Of a stretch of 64,000 nucleotides of DNA, positions 1 through 13,164 are shown in pieces (position 1 is the first letter of the stretch; each line of letters starts with the position of its first letter). Source of the stretch: Yuukianura sp. NJ FZ-2021 (taxonomy: Eukaryota); NCBI GenBank assembly GCA_046563655.1, contig CM102284.1, forward strand, positions 2,666,001-2,730,000, given 5' to 3'. The position numbers and the translations under genes were made by a program. The notes under the pieces are model-generated. The model was given only the letters and a program-made list of their open reading frames with translations, was not told where the DNA came from and did not search any database.

Positions 1-549
1 GGATTTAAGGTCAAGGGGCAAGCAGGTCGCAGTGCCAGTAGCAATTCCAGCTTTTCTGAAGCTTGAAACAAGATCGTCCCCTGCTGACGGGGTTCTAAGT
101 CCTGATAAAAATTTTTAAAAAAGATTTCAGATTTTGAAAAACTTTTTCAATTTTGTTAACCAAGGTTTACAACTGGAACTCCTACCCATTACGACATGGA
201 AATCGCATTGCAACAATTTCTTAACAACGTCTGCGCCAATTCCTCTTGCTCCGCCGGTGATCACCACTACATCTCCAGTCCGTTTCCCAATTACTAAAAA
301 AGTATATTTGCCCAGGTCAAAATTTTGAAATGAAGGCTGTCGAGAATCGATATTTTTTGCTTGTTTTGCTTTGATGAAGTTCGTTTAACATTCAATCTGC
401 TGTTTACCATTTTAGTAATATATTTTCTTACGCTTTAAGTCCAATCTCTTTGTAAACTGAATCATTTCTTGAAATGTTTTGAGTGCAGTAGCAAATGTAA
501 ACGGGAAATCCTTTGTTTCTCTCGGCTTGTACTGTACGGTGTCAGCCAT
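1..549 (-). CDS. Short-chain dehydrogenase/reductase (DHRSX/retinol dehydrogenase-like), 5' exons; gene continues beyond window start
   Basis: ATG at 549; exons ~549-432, ~294-186, ~102-1 joined by GT-AG introns give MADTVQYKP...VVVITGGARGIGADVVKKLLQCDFHVVMG...CLPLDLKS; TGxxxGIG Rossmann motif and LDL motif. Confidence 0.85.
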
Positions 550-1189
550 TGTAAATTACTTTAGAAATTAAACGTTTTTTGTGTCTGCTTGTTTTATTTG
601 CAATGGAACTGCACGGTTGGAGTCGATCACTCCGCTTGCTGAATAGTCAAAAAATAAAAATCACACAAAGCCAGAAGACTGCTACGTATTTCAGCTGAGT
701 CCCATCCGCTAAAAAAAGACACAGATAAAGAAAAACTTCCAGATACGATATGCTAACAAAGAGAAGTTGTAATTTCGTGTTAACTCTTCTTGTGTGACAC
801 TTAACTCAAATGTTAATTTGAAGTGCTACAGAGCTCTTCAACATTTTTGAATAGCAAAAAGGCATTTTGAAGGACTAGAATTTCCCAATTAGGAATTTGG
901 CCAGTTTCAATCCAACGTTGTTGCATGAAGTCGCAATCACTTGCAAAAAAAAATGGCAATGACCAGTATTGCTTCTACTACGACTTATAGCATAGTTGAG
1001 CTTAGTATGCATTAATTTCCTTCAAAACGACGACGTTCAAATTTTTTACGTTTATAGGTTTTTGCATCAAGAATAATAAAAATCAATTTATTCAATTTAT
1101 TTCCTTGAAAACGGTGACTTATTAGTAAGACAATAATAATTACTTATATAAAACACACTTATCTTTTGAGAATTTAAATTTAAACACAA

Positions 1190-2475
1190 CTAACTATTCA
1201 ATTGGCCAACGTAAAATTCCGCCTCGCGTTCAGTTGGAAACGGAAGAGAAAGACCATCGGGGTATTGCCCACAAAAATAGCTGTCATGAGCAAGAGTTAA
1301 ACCGGCGAACCGTAAATAAATTACTACAAGCAGAATCTGCTGATCTAATTGCTTCTCATCGACAGGATGTCCCATTGCCATCTACTCCAATATTTAAAAA
1401 AAACTTTTTTGTCAGACTGAAAATGAACATGAACTACGAGTATTCTTTTGTAGTGCAAAAACATTACTTGGATAATTTTTGTTTGAAGTTCTTTACTGCC
1501 GTTTTTTCCGATCAAAGAGTTTTTAGCTCCCCACATGCCGCCCATGAGCGCATGCCGGCCTCCATGCTGTGGATGGTCCCTCATTGTGTGAATTTTAAAA
1601 TTTGAATTCTCCCACGCTTCCACAGCTAGCCGTTCTCGTTTCGAAATTGTACTATCCAAGTCTCGGCTAATAAATTTATCAACCAGTGGATCTCCCAGTG
1701 GTAGAAATCGCCAGCACATTCCAGCCATTTTCGTCAAGTCTCCTGCAATTTTTTTTAAATTCAATATTAGTCGATTCTTTACTTTTTGCTCAAAAGGAGC
1801 ACTGTATTTCCATACCCAAGCCTGGTAACTTTTCTACATTGCACCAAAATACAAAACTGTACTTTTCAAATGCAGTTTTAGGAATCAATTCTTCTGGAAT
1901 ATTTGTGTACACCCTTGCAACCCAGTCAGGATACAGCTCTGGCATTTTTTCTAAATTTTTTTCAAGGCCGTCTAGAAAGCGACTTGGTTCGTAATTCCCG
2001 TTCAAAAACAAGGAAAACGAAATGACTTTTTGGCTAGGCCCGAACTTTGTAGCTTCGTCACTACAAGTAGAAAGTTTCGTCCACTCATCTGCCGTTCTAC
2101 GTAAAAACGAATTTTTTTTAAATGTGTTTCACATAGTATTGATAAGGAATGTTTACAAAGAATAACTATAGTTACTCAGATTGGCTTCCATATTGGGATG
2201 AATCTTCAAATTCACTTTTTACAAAATCTAAACCAAAACAACATAACAATATCATAAGCAGAAAATTATAAAATCTTTTTTTTTCTTCAAAATTAAAATT
2301 TGTGTCAATGTTATATTGTCTTACCTACTTTTGTGCTGGTTTCATTTGTCGAATCTAATGGATATGCGGTGAACAATGACAAAAGCAACCATATGGAAAC
2401 TACAATTGAACTAGTAAGAACTAATACCTTACCCCGCGTTGAGTTAAAATTTGTTAGACACGCTTTCTTGATCAT
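1190..2475 (-). CDS. Uncharacterised type-II membrane protein, putative glycosyltransferase-like (DxD-containing), 5 exons
   Basis: N-terminal TM (VLVLTSSIVVSIWLLLSLF); spliced product contains STCS..QKVISFSL, YPDWVARVY, MCWRFLPLGDP..FISRDLDS..RE, MRDHPQH..LMGGMWG, DQQIL, HDSYFC, PFPT; all frame changes explained by GT-AG introns. Confidence 0.75.
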
Positions 2476-4130
2476 ATTACGAAATAAATGAAGTTGCAAA
2501 AGACGGCTAAGTGTAGTGCTTTTACTATTTCAATTTAGTTTTCAAACTACAGCAATCCAGTTTTGTTCTAAAATCTGATTGAGATTATTTTAGGAGCAGG
2601 GTTTCGTTAACGGGTATATTAGGAAACATTGAAAAGCCAAATGCATAGTCCGCTGGGTTTCATGACCTAAAGCAGATCCTAGTTGCAAAACTTGTATAAA
2701 CAGAATCTTTTGTTGACTTAACAAATAAGTTAACTTTCCCAAATTCAAACTCGACGCAAAACTATTAATTTACTAAAAATTTGTGTTCATTATAATTACT
2801 ATTACATCTGCTTCATTAGTAGGACACTATCCGCGTTGCAGCAGAACGCTTTCAAAAATATGCACACTCAAGGAAAGGTTTGCAGGCATGTCGATTTTGT
2901 ATTTAATTATACGCGATAGTTCAGACTTCGTAAAACTCACTTTCCTGTAATAGGATTATGAAATAACTGAGTGAGTAAGATTCAGTGTAATTTGGGGTTA
3001 ATTAATATTTATTTTTACAGTTCGGTTTGAGTAACCTTTCATTTCCGAAGTTGATAGGTAATCGAATCACGAGAACAGTAGATTTCCATTAAGATTTTGT
3101 GAAACTAATATTTAGCAAAAGCCACAATGCGTGTTTCAGAACTTTCCTAAAATTCTCACATTAAGTTTTCAACACACTTTCGAAGATTAATTACTTTTGA
3201 TTAAGGTTAAACGTTCACGCCGATACAAAATGAACTCCGATTTAGCGAAACCTTCTACTTTTACTTTTTGGATTGTAGTACCAGAACCTTAGAACAGGAA
3301 GCAACGAGTTTAACATCTGTGAATACATTTCAAATGACGATATTTTTCTTACCTTATTTGACGCTACTGTGAAATCGTGAAAACCCAAATTGTCCTAATA
3401 ATTTAGAAAAACTTTCTCTTCACGAAGGGAAATGAATTCTGAAAATTTTGAAGTAAAAGGGCACGGCATAAACCCTGCACGATATAGTCCGTGCGAACCA
3501 GTTGAATTTTTTGCCACTTGTTATAGGATTGGTATGCAGGTATTTTCACAAAATTTTCGATTTTATAGGACCATCAGCCTACGAGGAATTCTGGGTCAAA
3601 GGTCACCACATTGATACCACATATAGCGACGCAAGTTATATAGCGCTGGAAAACTCTTGATGCAGAAGCTGCATATAGGTTGCCATTTCTAACCTTTAGT
3701 TAAAAAGTCAGGTGATAAAGTTATTTGGTGACACTTCCAGGTCATAGCTTCACCTGTAACTCCCTTTGAACTGAATGTGTGAAATAGCAACATACATGTA
3801 TTTTCGGTATCAGAGCGTCCAGAGCTTTCCAAAGTATCACTTCCTTGAAGTAAATGAAGTAAATGTAGGTTCTCGTGACCCAGTGTCGGAAGTCCAAAAC
3901 GTGGTCAAATGACCTTCATACCAATCCTAATATATGGCAAAAATTTCACCCGGATCGCACCGTCTGTAATTTGCTACAAGGGTTTGTGTCATATCATTGT
4001 CCTAACTGGAAACAGTTCAATTTCCATTTGCAAACTCAGTTTCCATGTTGTGCTTAGTTGCTTGAACAATTTGTACTTGCTTTTAGCATTACTATTCAGT
4101 CTTAACTGTTGTGAAGAAAAGTACAGAACT

Positions 4131-5442
4131 ATGCAGAAGAAAAGTGTCTGGATTATGGTGATGTATAACTGGGCAAAGTTCATGCACTACGTTCCGTTTG
4201 AATACAAGCCAGGCCACGGCATACCCCCAACTATTATTTACACAAATCATCACCAAAAATTAACTAAAATATTTTCCATACTTGCAACAACAGCGGTCGG
4301 AATTTTAATAACTTCTCTATACTACGAAGTGTGTTTTGGCTCCACGACAAAAACGGAAGCAATGTTTGCAGTTGGCATCAACTGCACCTTTAACATATTG
4401 CATATGGCACAATGGATGTTTCTCAAAGCAACTGCTCGACAACGCTGCATGGATGTAACCAATGCAACGTTGGAAACTTTGTTTCACCTCCCTGGAAGTT
4501 TGCCGACTGCGTATCACCTACTTTATTTTCTTTTTTGTTACAGTTCAATCATGTACCCTATACTATATTTACCAGGTCTATATTTCTTATCGTGGAGATT
4601 TCCTGCATTGTTTGCAACACTTCATAGCGGAATAGAACTTGTAACATTGAAACTTGGATTCTCTGCAACGGATGGACCTGACATGTACTTCCGCATTTTC
4701 AGTTTGCTAAAATTTTGTATCTTGGCAGTTATTGCTGTTGGGTTGGGACATGGTGTGGTGAATACATTTATCTTCCTGCATTGGTTGTTGTTGTACTTGT
4801 ACACGACAATTCAACAACTAGAATATCTAATTTTGCAATGGTAGGCAAACTAATGTATTCTAATTTATTATGACGTACATTTAATGTACAAAGATAAAAG
4901 ATATTTATTCATCGGTCACATTATGACTGATTGCTTTTTATGTTTTATTTTCTAGTAAATCAGAAGAAAATACAATTTCTCAGGGAATTGACAGGAAACA
5001 CAAGATTCGTACGACATATTTGAAGATCAAAGTTACAGGACAAGCATTTCGCGTTGGTTTTGGTCTGCCAATGACAATACTTTGTGTAAATTTACTCGCA
5101 GGCGTAATAGTCTTGAGTTTTTTGCTACTTGATAGTGCTGACGCTGAGTATCCCATTCTTCTTTTGTTCCTCGTAGCTGTAGGTGATTTTATTGTTCTAC
5201 TTGCAACAAATTTTATTCTTAGTTTGTCTACTGGTCAGCATCTTCTTTCTAGAAAGTTGATTCAAATATCTCATCGACGAGCAACATTAACAGCCGAGTT
5301 TGAAACAAAATTTTGGGCCGGAATGGCCCCTCTGCGCATTCATGTCGGAAGCGTCTCTTCATTTGAAACCCGGGAGTTCATTTTGTACATTTGGGGAGAA
5401 GTAGTTGTGACGTCCATTATCAACCTCTTAATTACATTTTGA
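4131..5442 (+). CDS. Divergent 7TM chemoreceptor-like protein (gustatory/odorant receptor superfamily), copy 1
   Basis: Exons 4131-4840 and 4956-5442; ~400 aa, multiple hydrophobic helices, N-terminal VPFEY, C-terminal APLRIHVGS...VVTSIINLLITF. Confidence 0.7.
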
Positions 5443-6997
5443 TGCTGCCTTAAACCACCAACTCCGTGTATAACTTTTTAGTCGTTTATTCAGTAGCGCT
5501 GTACGAAGACTTGTTATGAGTAATTTAATACTAATGCAGCAGAAAAGTCTTGAATTTGCCGCTAGGAAGTTGTGAATGATCCCTAATATGAATGTGAATG
5601 TGATAAAGAAAATGAGTAAATAAAGATACCACAGTAATCGAAGCCGTAGTATTCATCAAAGGGGTTGGGTTTTGAGTTCGAAAATTCTCTAGGTTAACAA
5701 GCAACATATGAACCAAATTATAACAAATTTCTGTGGAAAAATCATGTTTTAGGTAAATAAAATGTTGCTTTTCTGAAAATCTGGAAACAAATCTAAATTA
5801 GTATCAAAGTCACAAAATCGAACGTAATTCAGTTAAAAATAAGCTATTTTATGGAATTACGCGCATGCATGCTATTTTAGTTAGTGTTAACAAACCTTTG
5901 AAATTTAGAAGTTAAGAGATGAAAACCTTTTTTTTTGGTTATAGTTTTGGCAGTGGTTTTATTTTACACCTCTTGACTTGTGTGGTTTTACAACTTTGTG
6001 GGGCACATTTTTCTAATTAAAGAATTCTGGAGAAAAATTGGCTTGGCAATTGGCATCCCATACAGGCAACAAGCTTGAATCGAATTTGCAATTCCAATGA
6101 TTCTTTTTTCAATTTTGGGCTCATTTCTACACATAATTTTAAAAGGTTATTAATCCAAATCATTTCAACTGAAAAGAGTTGAATTTCGTAAAGTTTGAAT
6201 TAAAAGTTTTTCTTAGAATTTGGAATTTGTTTTGTCGTTTTAAAAACTCGTGAAGTATCACATGATATTGTTGAACGGCGCAGGCAAGGCTTTCACCTTT
6301 ATGACTTAGAAGACACAGCGACTACTTCCTCCTCCAATAGGGCTTGTGAATAATGTAATTCCTAAAACGAAAAATTTTAGATTACGACAAGTTTTTGCAC
6401 GTGCCTTCAATTTTGTGATGGAAGTCAATACAATAAATGGGATGGCCAATAGTTGCAATATTTTAAAGTGGCAAGCAATATTTTACATTTCCTATTTATT
6501 CTAAAACCACTAAGTTGCAACAGTTTTAAAAGAACGCCATATGCTCAAATGGCGTCGAATGCATTATAAGTTTCCATACCGCCCCCTCTTTTCCCTTTAA
6601 CGAGTTGATATTGAATAGTTAGACTAATTAAAATACATATACTCTGCTTTATGATTTTATTTTATGGCTCAAACTTTGCACAGGAAATGGAATCGTCCCG
6701 TCCTTAATGTTGTTTTCAAAAACCAAGTTTTAAAAGCTAATAAAAAGTTACTAACAAGCGCTGAAATTGAAAAAGGGCTGGCTATGTGTTTAAAATTTTA
6801 AACTATTCGAAGCCAGTTTGAAAAAACCGCTCGCTTTCGAATTAGTTTGCAAATAACCAGAGCAACAAAAGTAACGAGAATTCTTCCTAACTTCACAATT
6901 CTGTACCTTTCCAAACTTTTACTTGAGTTTTGTACCAAAAAAAAAAAAAACCAGCCTTACAACCTTGTGCACAATTTCTGTTTAAAAGAGATTAAGA

Positions 6998-8418
6998 ATG
7001 TTGGAAGAAAACAGTGTAGCGCTTCTATCGGCGTTGACCAAAGTTGGGTACGTGATTGGTTGCTTTCCATGGAAATTTGATCATACTTCAGACAGTTGGA
7101 ATGTTGTACAGTCCGCAGAAAAATCGAGCAGTAGATTCCGCTTTAACCATGTGACATTCTACAAGGTCACATGCACATTTCACCTCCTGTTCCGAATAGG
7201 TCTACTTGTATTTTGGGGGTATCAAATTCAAGGGTTACTTGGAAATACGAAGAGTGTACTGCAAATATTGTTCCTTGTTGCGATTATTTTTCAGTCCCTA
7301 GTTTCGCAACTTCATTTTTATCTGCAACCATTTCGAGTTGGATACTACTACAAGTCTTTGTTTCACATGAATCAACTACAAGGTTTGTCTCGAATGATAA
7401 AAACAAGAGTGATCATGATTTTGCTTTTTGTTTTTCGTAAAACGAGAAAATAGAACAAAAGTTTAAAAACACTACTTTACTTTCAGTGGAATTTTTTCAA
7501 TACTGGAAAATCGGAGCAATAAGAAACAAACTACTCGTTAACTTCTTCGGTGTAATGATCGTTGGTGCTGTACTTGCCGTGTTTGGTTCTGGCCCGGCTT
7601 ACCTCATTGCCCAAACGTATTTCAGCTTCACGTGTATCAGTGCATTGAAAACAAACTCCATATATTTGGATGCATTAGTGGGTGCAGCAGTCTCTGTAAA
7701 CTACATCACAGATCTCATTTTCATTTTGGGAAACGTATTTGTCATCGCTATTCACGTGGATTTTGTCACGCGTTCAATGAAAACCATTTCCAGGCTAGTC
7801 GCTTTCACTAAATTCAAACTTTTTTATAATCCTAATATGAAAATTTGTGGCCTTTAGCAGAAAACTTGCATTATTATTTATGAAAAATTGACTGGAATTG
7901 ATTGATTTTGGGAAAAATTTTTTAGAGCCATTTCGAATGGAAAACTAGGCGTGGAATCAACTACAGTACTTTATAGGGCTCATCAAGTGTTTCACCGAGT
8001 CACGACGGAAGTAGTCACGCTCAACCTGCCACTGCTCATAGGAATGGCTATGTTCCTGATGATCATGTCACTGTCAGTCCTGGTTCTATTCCATGACAGT
8101 CTGGGCCCAATGGTAATTACCATCGTATTAATGGAACTTTTGATCACCGCAGGCGCAGTGTCATTTTGCATTAGAATTGGAAATGGGATGTCAGAAGCTA
8201 GCAAGGGAGTCATTGCAGCCACTAAGACAATGTTAGAGAAACGGGATCGCAAAACTTTGGCGGGAAAAACCGAACGAACACTATTCCTATGCCTGCGTCC
8301 TCTGGAATGGAACATTGGAGGCTTGTATGTCGTGAACTCACTCACTATACCTACTCTATTTAGCCAAGTCGTCCTGGACAACAGCATCAACATTATCCTT
8401 GGCTACAATCAACAATAA
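6998..8418 (+). CDS. Divergent 7TM chemoreceptor-like protein, copy 2
   Basis: Exons ~6998-7381, ~7454-7793, 7926-8418; FPWKF near N-terminus; C-terminal RPLEWNIGGLY...VLDNSINIILGY. Confidence 0.7.
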
Positions 8419-9276
8419 AACTAATCACTTTATTTCATAGTTTATGTTCAAAATTTTATTTGCGACAATTTTTTTTTATTTAATTTTATTTGCGACAACA
8501 CAGTATAAGTGTTGACACATATACTGTGAAATATATCATAATTAAGACCTTATGCAATGTTATCATCCAATCTTCAACACAAGGCAATTCCAAACACTTT
8601 CTATTTAATGTACTATTATGTTACCAATTTTTCTTAAGTAGTGCAGAACTTTTTATTGTGTTGACTTTTGAAAAGCTGTTGAGTGTGCCTACGTAGATTG
8701 TATGCCAGGCAACACTAAAATAAAGATTTGCTGTTGTGGACAAGCTTCATCGACCAGTAAAGTTTTTATGTTTGTGAGATTATATTAAATATAGCTATAA
8801 CGAATAATTAACGACATATGCGACGTAAAGATAGCAAGTTACATGTGAATTCTGGGCATTTGAGCCGAAAGTTGACAACTTTCGACTTTTACATCACAGT
8901 AACTCCAACTAACTTTGATACAATCAAGGTTGGTGAACAAGCAGACGTTTTTTTCTAAACCGCAGATTCTCCGGTTTCTCCGCTTATTGCAAAAAAGTGA
9001 AACCGATTCAATATAGCAGCCTTGCTGCCCATGGCAATTCTTTCAAAATTGAATTCATTTCAATGTTAGCGGAACACAAACTTGGTGCAAAAATTGTTTC
9101 CACTCCAAATTTATAAGCCTTAGAGTCATTGAACAACCTGCCGTAGAAAATACATTTTGGTTATCAACGAACCTTTTATACAATTTAGCTTTGCCATGGA
9201 TTTGTTCAGAAGGAGTTCCGTCGAACCATTTTTTGTTAAAGCAATCTGGTTCGATTGAATGCAACAATTTTCAGTG

Positions 9277-10714
9277 TCAAACACCGAAACTTAGCAATAA
9301 ATCTGCAACCGACTCCAAAATAATTCCTCCGACGGCGAGAATGCTCTCCTTAGTTTCGACTGCAAAGAAGTCGCCAATGCGTACGCTCGCTGGTTTCATG
9401 CCCATCCAGCGTTTCTTACGGTACTGAGAGTGCACAACAGTTTGTAGCCCCAACCGTCCTTGAATGTTGTCGCGGATCAACTTCCGCGACCTGCCGCTGG
9501 CTTTTTCTGCATCTACCAGAAATAGAAATAGGGTGGCGACGTAGGCAAGAATTATTGCGCCAATAACAACTACAAGAATTGCAGAAAGTTTGGCTGAAAT
9601 GATTATGTATGTGAGGCCAACTACGGTGCCGATACCGAGATTGTATTGCCAGTATATCAGCTGGGAGAAGCCCTTGTTGAAGTAGCTAACCATCAGCTGT
9701 ATGTAAATGAGAGTGTTTAGCGGGTCATCCTGCCGCAAAACACTCAAGTTTGCCCTATAGTCAAAAAACAATTGGATGTAAGTTTTATGCATAGGTAAAA
9801 AGCGATTGCCTAAAATGCCAATGTGTACCCAACGTGCATTGGTTATACGTACGACAATATGGAATGTTGTTTGTATTCAACTTCTTACAACATGAACCGG
9901 ATCCACTTTGCGCTAGTATTCAAGCAATAAATTTCTATATGAGCCACAAACACAACGTGGCATGCCGCGTGACTGTTTGTCGCTGCCAGTATACCTCCAA
10001 GAATTATCCGCAGTGCAATAATTGCATTTTGTGCAGAAGTCGGAATTAGCGCCAAGTCATAAGTTCCATACAAATACATTCGTGGTGGCAACACTATTGC
10101 TTGCAACAGGTTGTAGATTGGGCTTTCGAACCAGAATGCTAAGATAAGTCCAGGAAAGAGTAGCACCGATACTGAAATTGCAATTAGTGAGCAGTACAAG
10201 TGGAACCCTTCAAAACCATCAGCACTGTCCAGACCTCCGGTTTCGAACTTTTTTGCTGTAAAAGTTATACTTTAGCATTTTTTTTATTCAAGTGTTTAGA
10301 ATTCTTTGTTATTTTGATTTGAAACACTTATGTGAATCACAACTTACATAGTTGCGTATTCAGCTTCAGAAATGAGTTGAGACCTTGAATATACCTTGGA
10401 CAGGAAGAAAACGCAACCAACTGAGCAACGAGCATCGAGCCAACTATGTTAAGCAGGCCAACAAGGAATATGCGATCTGAAAGTTTCAAGCTCTCGAAAA
10501 ACAAAAACCCGGCGGCTAAGACTACCATTGTCAAAATTTGGATGGTGATTGCAAAAATTGACACTATTTTTCCAAACCACCGCTTTCGTACTGAAGGTGT
10601 CAGCACTAACGTAGGAACGTTGTCAACTATTTTCCCTTGAAACGGAAATATGAAAAAGAAATGACCGAATTTGTACAGAATACAGCAATAGTGAAATGAT
10701 TTTTTGGAAATCAT
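9277..10714 (-). CDS. Divergent 7TM chemoreceptor-like protein, copy 3
   Basis: Three exons (~10714-10348, ~10256-9889, ~9755-9277); FPFQ near N-terminus; C-terminal KPASVRIGDFF...ILESVADLLLSF. Confidence 0.7.
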
Positions 10715-13164
10715 TTTTACCCGAGTTTCTTTTGCTACTTATTGGAACACAAGTTCGCTGTTGATCCAAACTTTGGAAAGAGTTTTTTGTAACTGAAATT
10801 TCACGTTAATATAGGTTGAAATACTTTTAATCTTTTGTAAGGCGTTAGGGCAGAACTACTACTTCCCTCATTTTTTTAGCTACAAAAACTGAAAAACTAG
10901 GAAAATTTTTTTTATGTTTACTTAAAATGAAGACAGCCCAACTAAGAATATTTGATCTTACCAAAAAAAGGTTTGCCATAACCAAAGGTTTAATAAAATA
11001 TTTAGAAGTTTCGACTTAATTTGCTTATTTTGAATGTCAATTTTTGTACTGAAAAATTAATAAAGAGTGAAATCTATTTCCCTATCATCGCATTAGCAAA
11101 ATTGCAAACAAACAAAATTATGTTGAGGTTCTTTTATGTGTTCCAATTTTTTTTTCGAAATTCCTACAAAAAAAAAACTGTCGTTGATGCTGTTTAATCT
11201 TGCTACAACTTCATGTGAACTTCAAGTCACCAGGGAAGAAGTTGAAATTTTAGACATGATAGTTATTAATTAGCACTAACATAATTAAGTACTACTTGAA
11301 GACTGGACGCACTTGGGGGTCACACTTTTAGTGTGGTTTCCTGCAAACGGGATGCGAACTAATAATCTTTCAACTTTCACCATCGTTACGTGGCTTCACA
11401 GCATTCAAAATTACGAATTGACATAGGGTTTCTAAAAAAAATTTTTTAGTTTAGTAATCATGGTTTAAAGGTGGAGTCTAATAATATCAAGGAAATAACA
11501 CAACCCGGTCTAATAGAAAGCTCACTCATTCTCAGCATAATTATAATTTGTGATTGGGCATCGGAAAACAAAAACCAATTGAAATGAATACATGTTCATA
11601 ATTTCATCAAACCTATAGGCTTAATTTGAAAATCCATAAAAATTTCTCTGCCTATTTTCCTATGCATGAAAAGAGCGCATGGCGGTGTACTTATGATTCA
11701 TTTAGTGCACAAATCCTAAATTAAAAATATTTTGACTTTTATAAATATATCGTTATGATAATTTTGACGGAACAATTGGCTAGTTTTATTCCGGTAGAAT
11801 TTAGTCGAAGATGCCATGCCTAAGTAATTTCATATCAATAATTGTGTCCAGAAGAACCACTATCGCTTGTAGCTGGATCATACTATTGAATCGAGGAATC
11901 ACTTCTGTCAACCAGATTCTGGGTCATCAGAATGATCTTGACCCCTAGTGATCTCGTAAAAAAAATGTCTCATCGAGGAATATTATTACACGCTTACTGC
12001 TATATTGTTTCATCGTTCCGTCAACTGCCTAAGGTTTCTAAAAAGAAAACTGAAGGGAAACAACTTGAGCACTTGACAACATATTTATAACTTCCAGTTA
12101 GAGATTCCCATCAAGTATGTAAAGCTTTGTGTAAGGTGGAGGTACTAGTGTAATTGTTGAAGGGTCAATTTTGACTTAACTCCTACTCCACAAAGCAACT
12201 TTGAGTTCAGCTTTGACACCAGGAGTTACAATGACAATGGACTTTCATGAAAAAGTCCATTGTTACATTCTAAAACTCAAAACCAAATTCTAAATCAAAA
12301 CTGAACCTTGACTCTTTGTTGCTATTTTTGCTTAGAATTATTTTGCTTCCTCAGCTAGAAAATGCATTTTTTTTTGTCACAGTACTACCATTTTGCATTT
12401 CACATAAAGCACATCTGAATAACGTGCTGACCATGACCAACAACGATTATTATTTATTATAATTATATTATAATTATTATTTTTTAACTAAATTCCACTT
12501 TACAGCAGTAATGTCCTTGTTGTGTTAAGTGGCTAATCGCCCATAGTATTTAAGTAATTCATTGAGAGAACATCTTTGCTTCGGAGTAGTTAGCCCATTT
12601 CCTGATTGGCTCTTAAGGACGCCCAAAGTGTGTTTTTTTTCAGACTTGTTTCGTGGTTTCTTCTAAGTATCTTGGTTCTTGTAAAGACACAAGACAAGAA
12701 CAGGACAGGTTTCAGTACTAAACAAAACAGACAGAGTCGCTAGGAAAGTCAGTTCAGCTCCCCCATAACTGAAATGAATAAGATCAGGCATGAGAACATT
12801 ACGTATAGTACACACTCGTATACCTAAACAATAATAAGTGCATTCCCTTTTCCATCCAGAGGACTTTACACATCCCAAAACAGTTGGTATGAATTTTGTT
12901 TTAAAAGTAAGGACATTGCCCATACAATAATTTAATTACTAAGCATTTTATATTGCTGATAAACCAATTTAGATTAAAGTTTGCGGTCATCCTATCACTC
13001 CAAGAAAATGATACAAGACCAAGTGGGTTCAAATTCCTCGTCATCGGCATCAGCAGATTTTGCAAGAAATTAGTTACTGCTTCTAGTACTATTGCAATCT
13101 GTGCAAGGAAAGCTCTCATGAGGCAAACCTTGGACTCTATTTTAGTCAGTTCCATTTTTGTGCA

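Noticed and set aside
1190-2011. Three ORFs in different frames suggesting a frameshifted pseudogene
   Set aside because: Short GT-AG introns join them in frame
3909-4130. N-terminal extension of receptor copy 1 in the ORF track
   Set aside because: Paralog lengths and the N-terminal motif position favour the ATG at 4131
7992-8393. 133-aa antisense ORF (and similar antisense ORFs over other genes)
   Set aside because: Shadow of the sense coding exon
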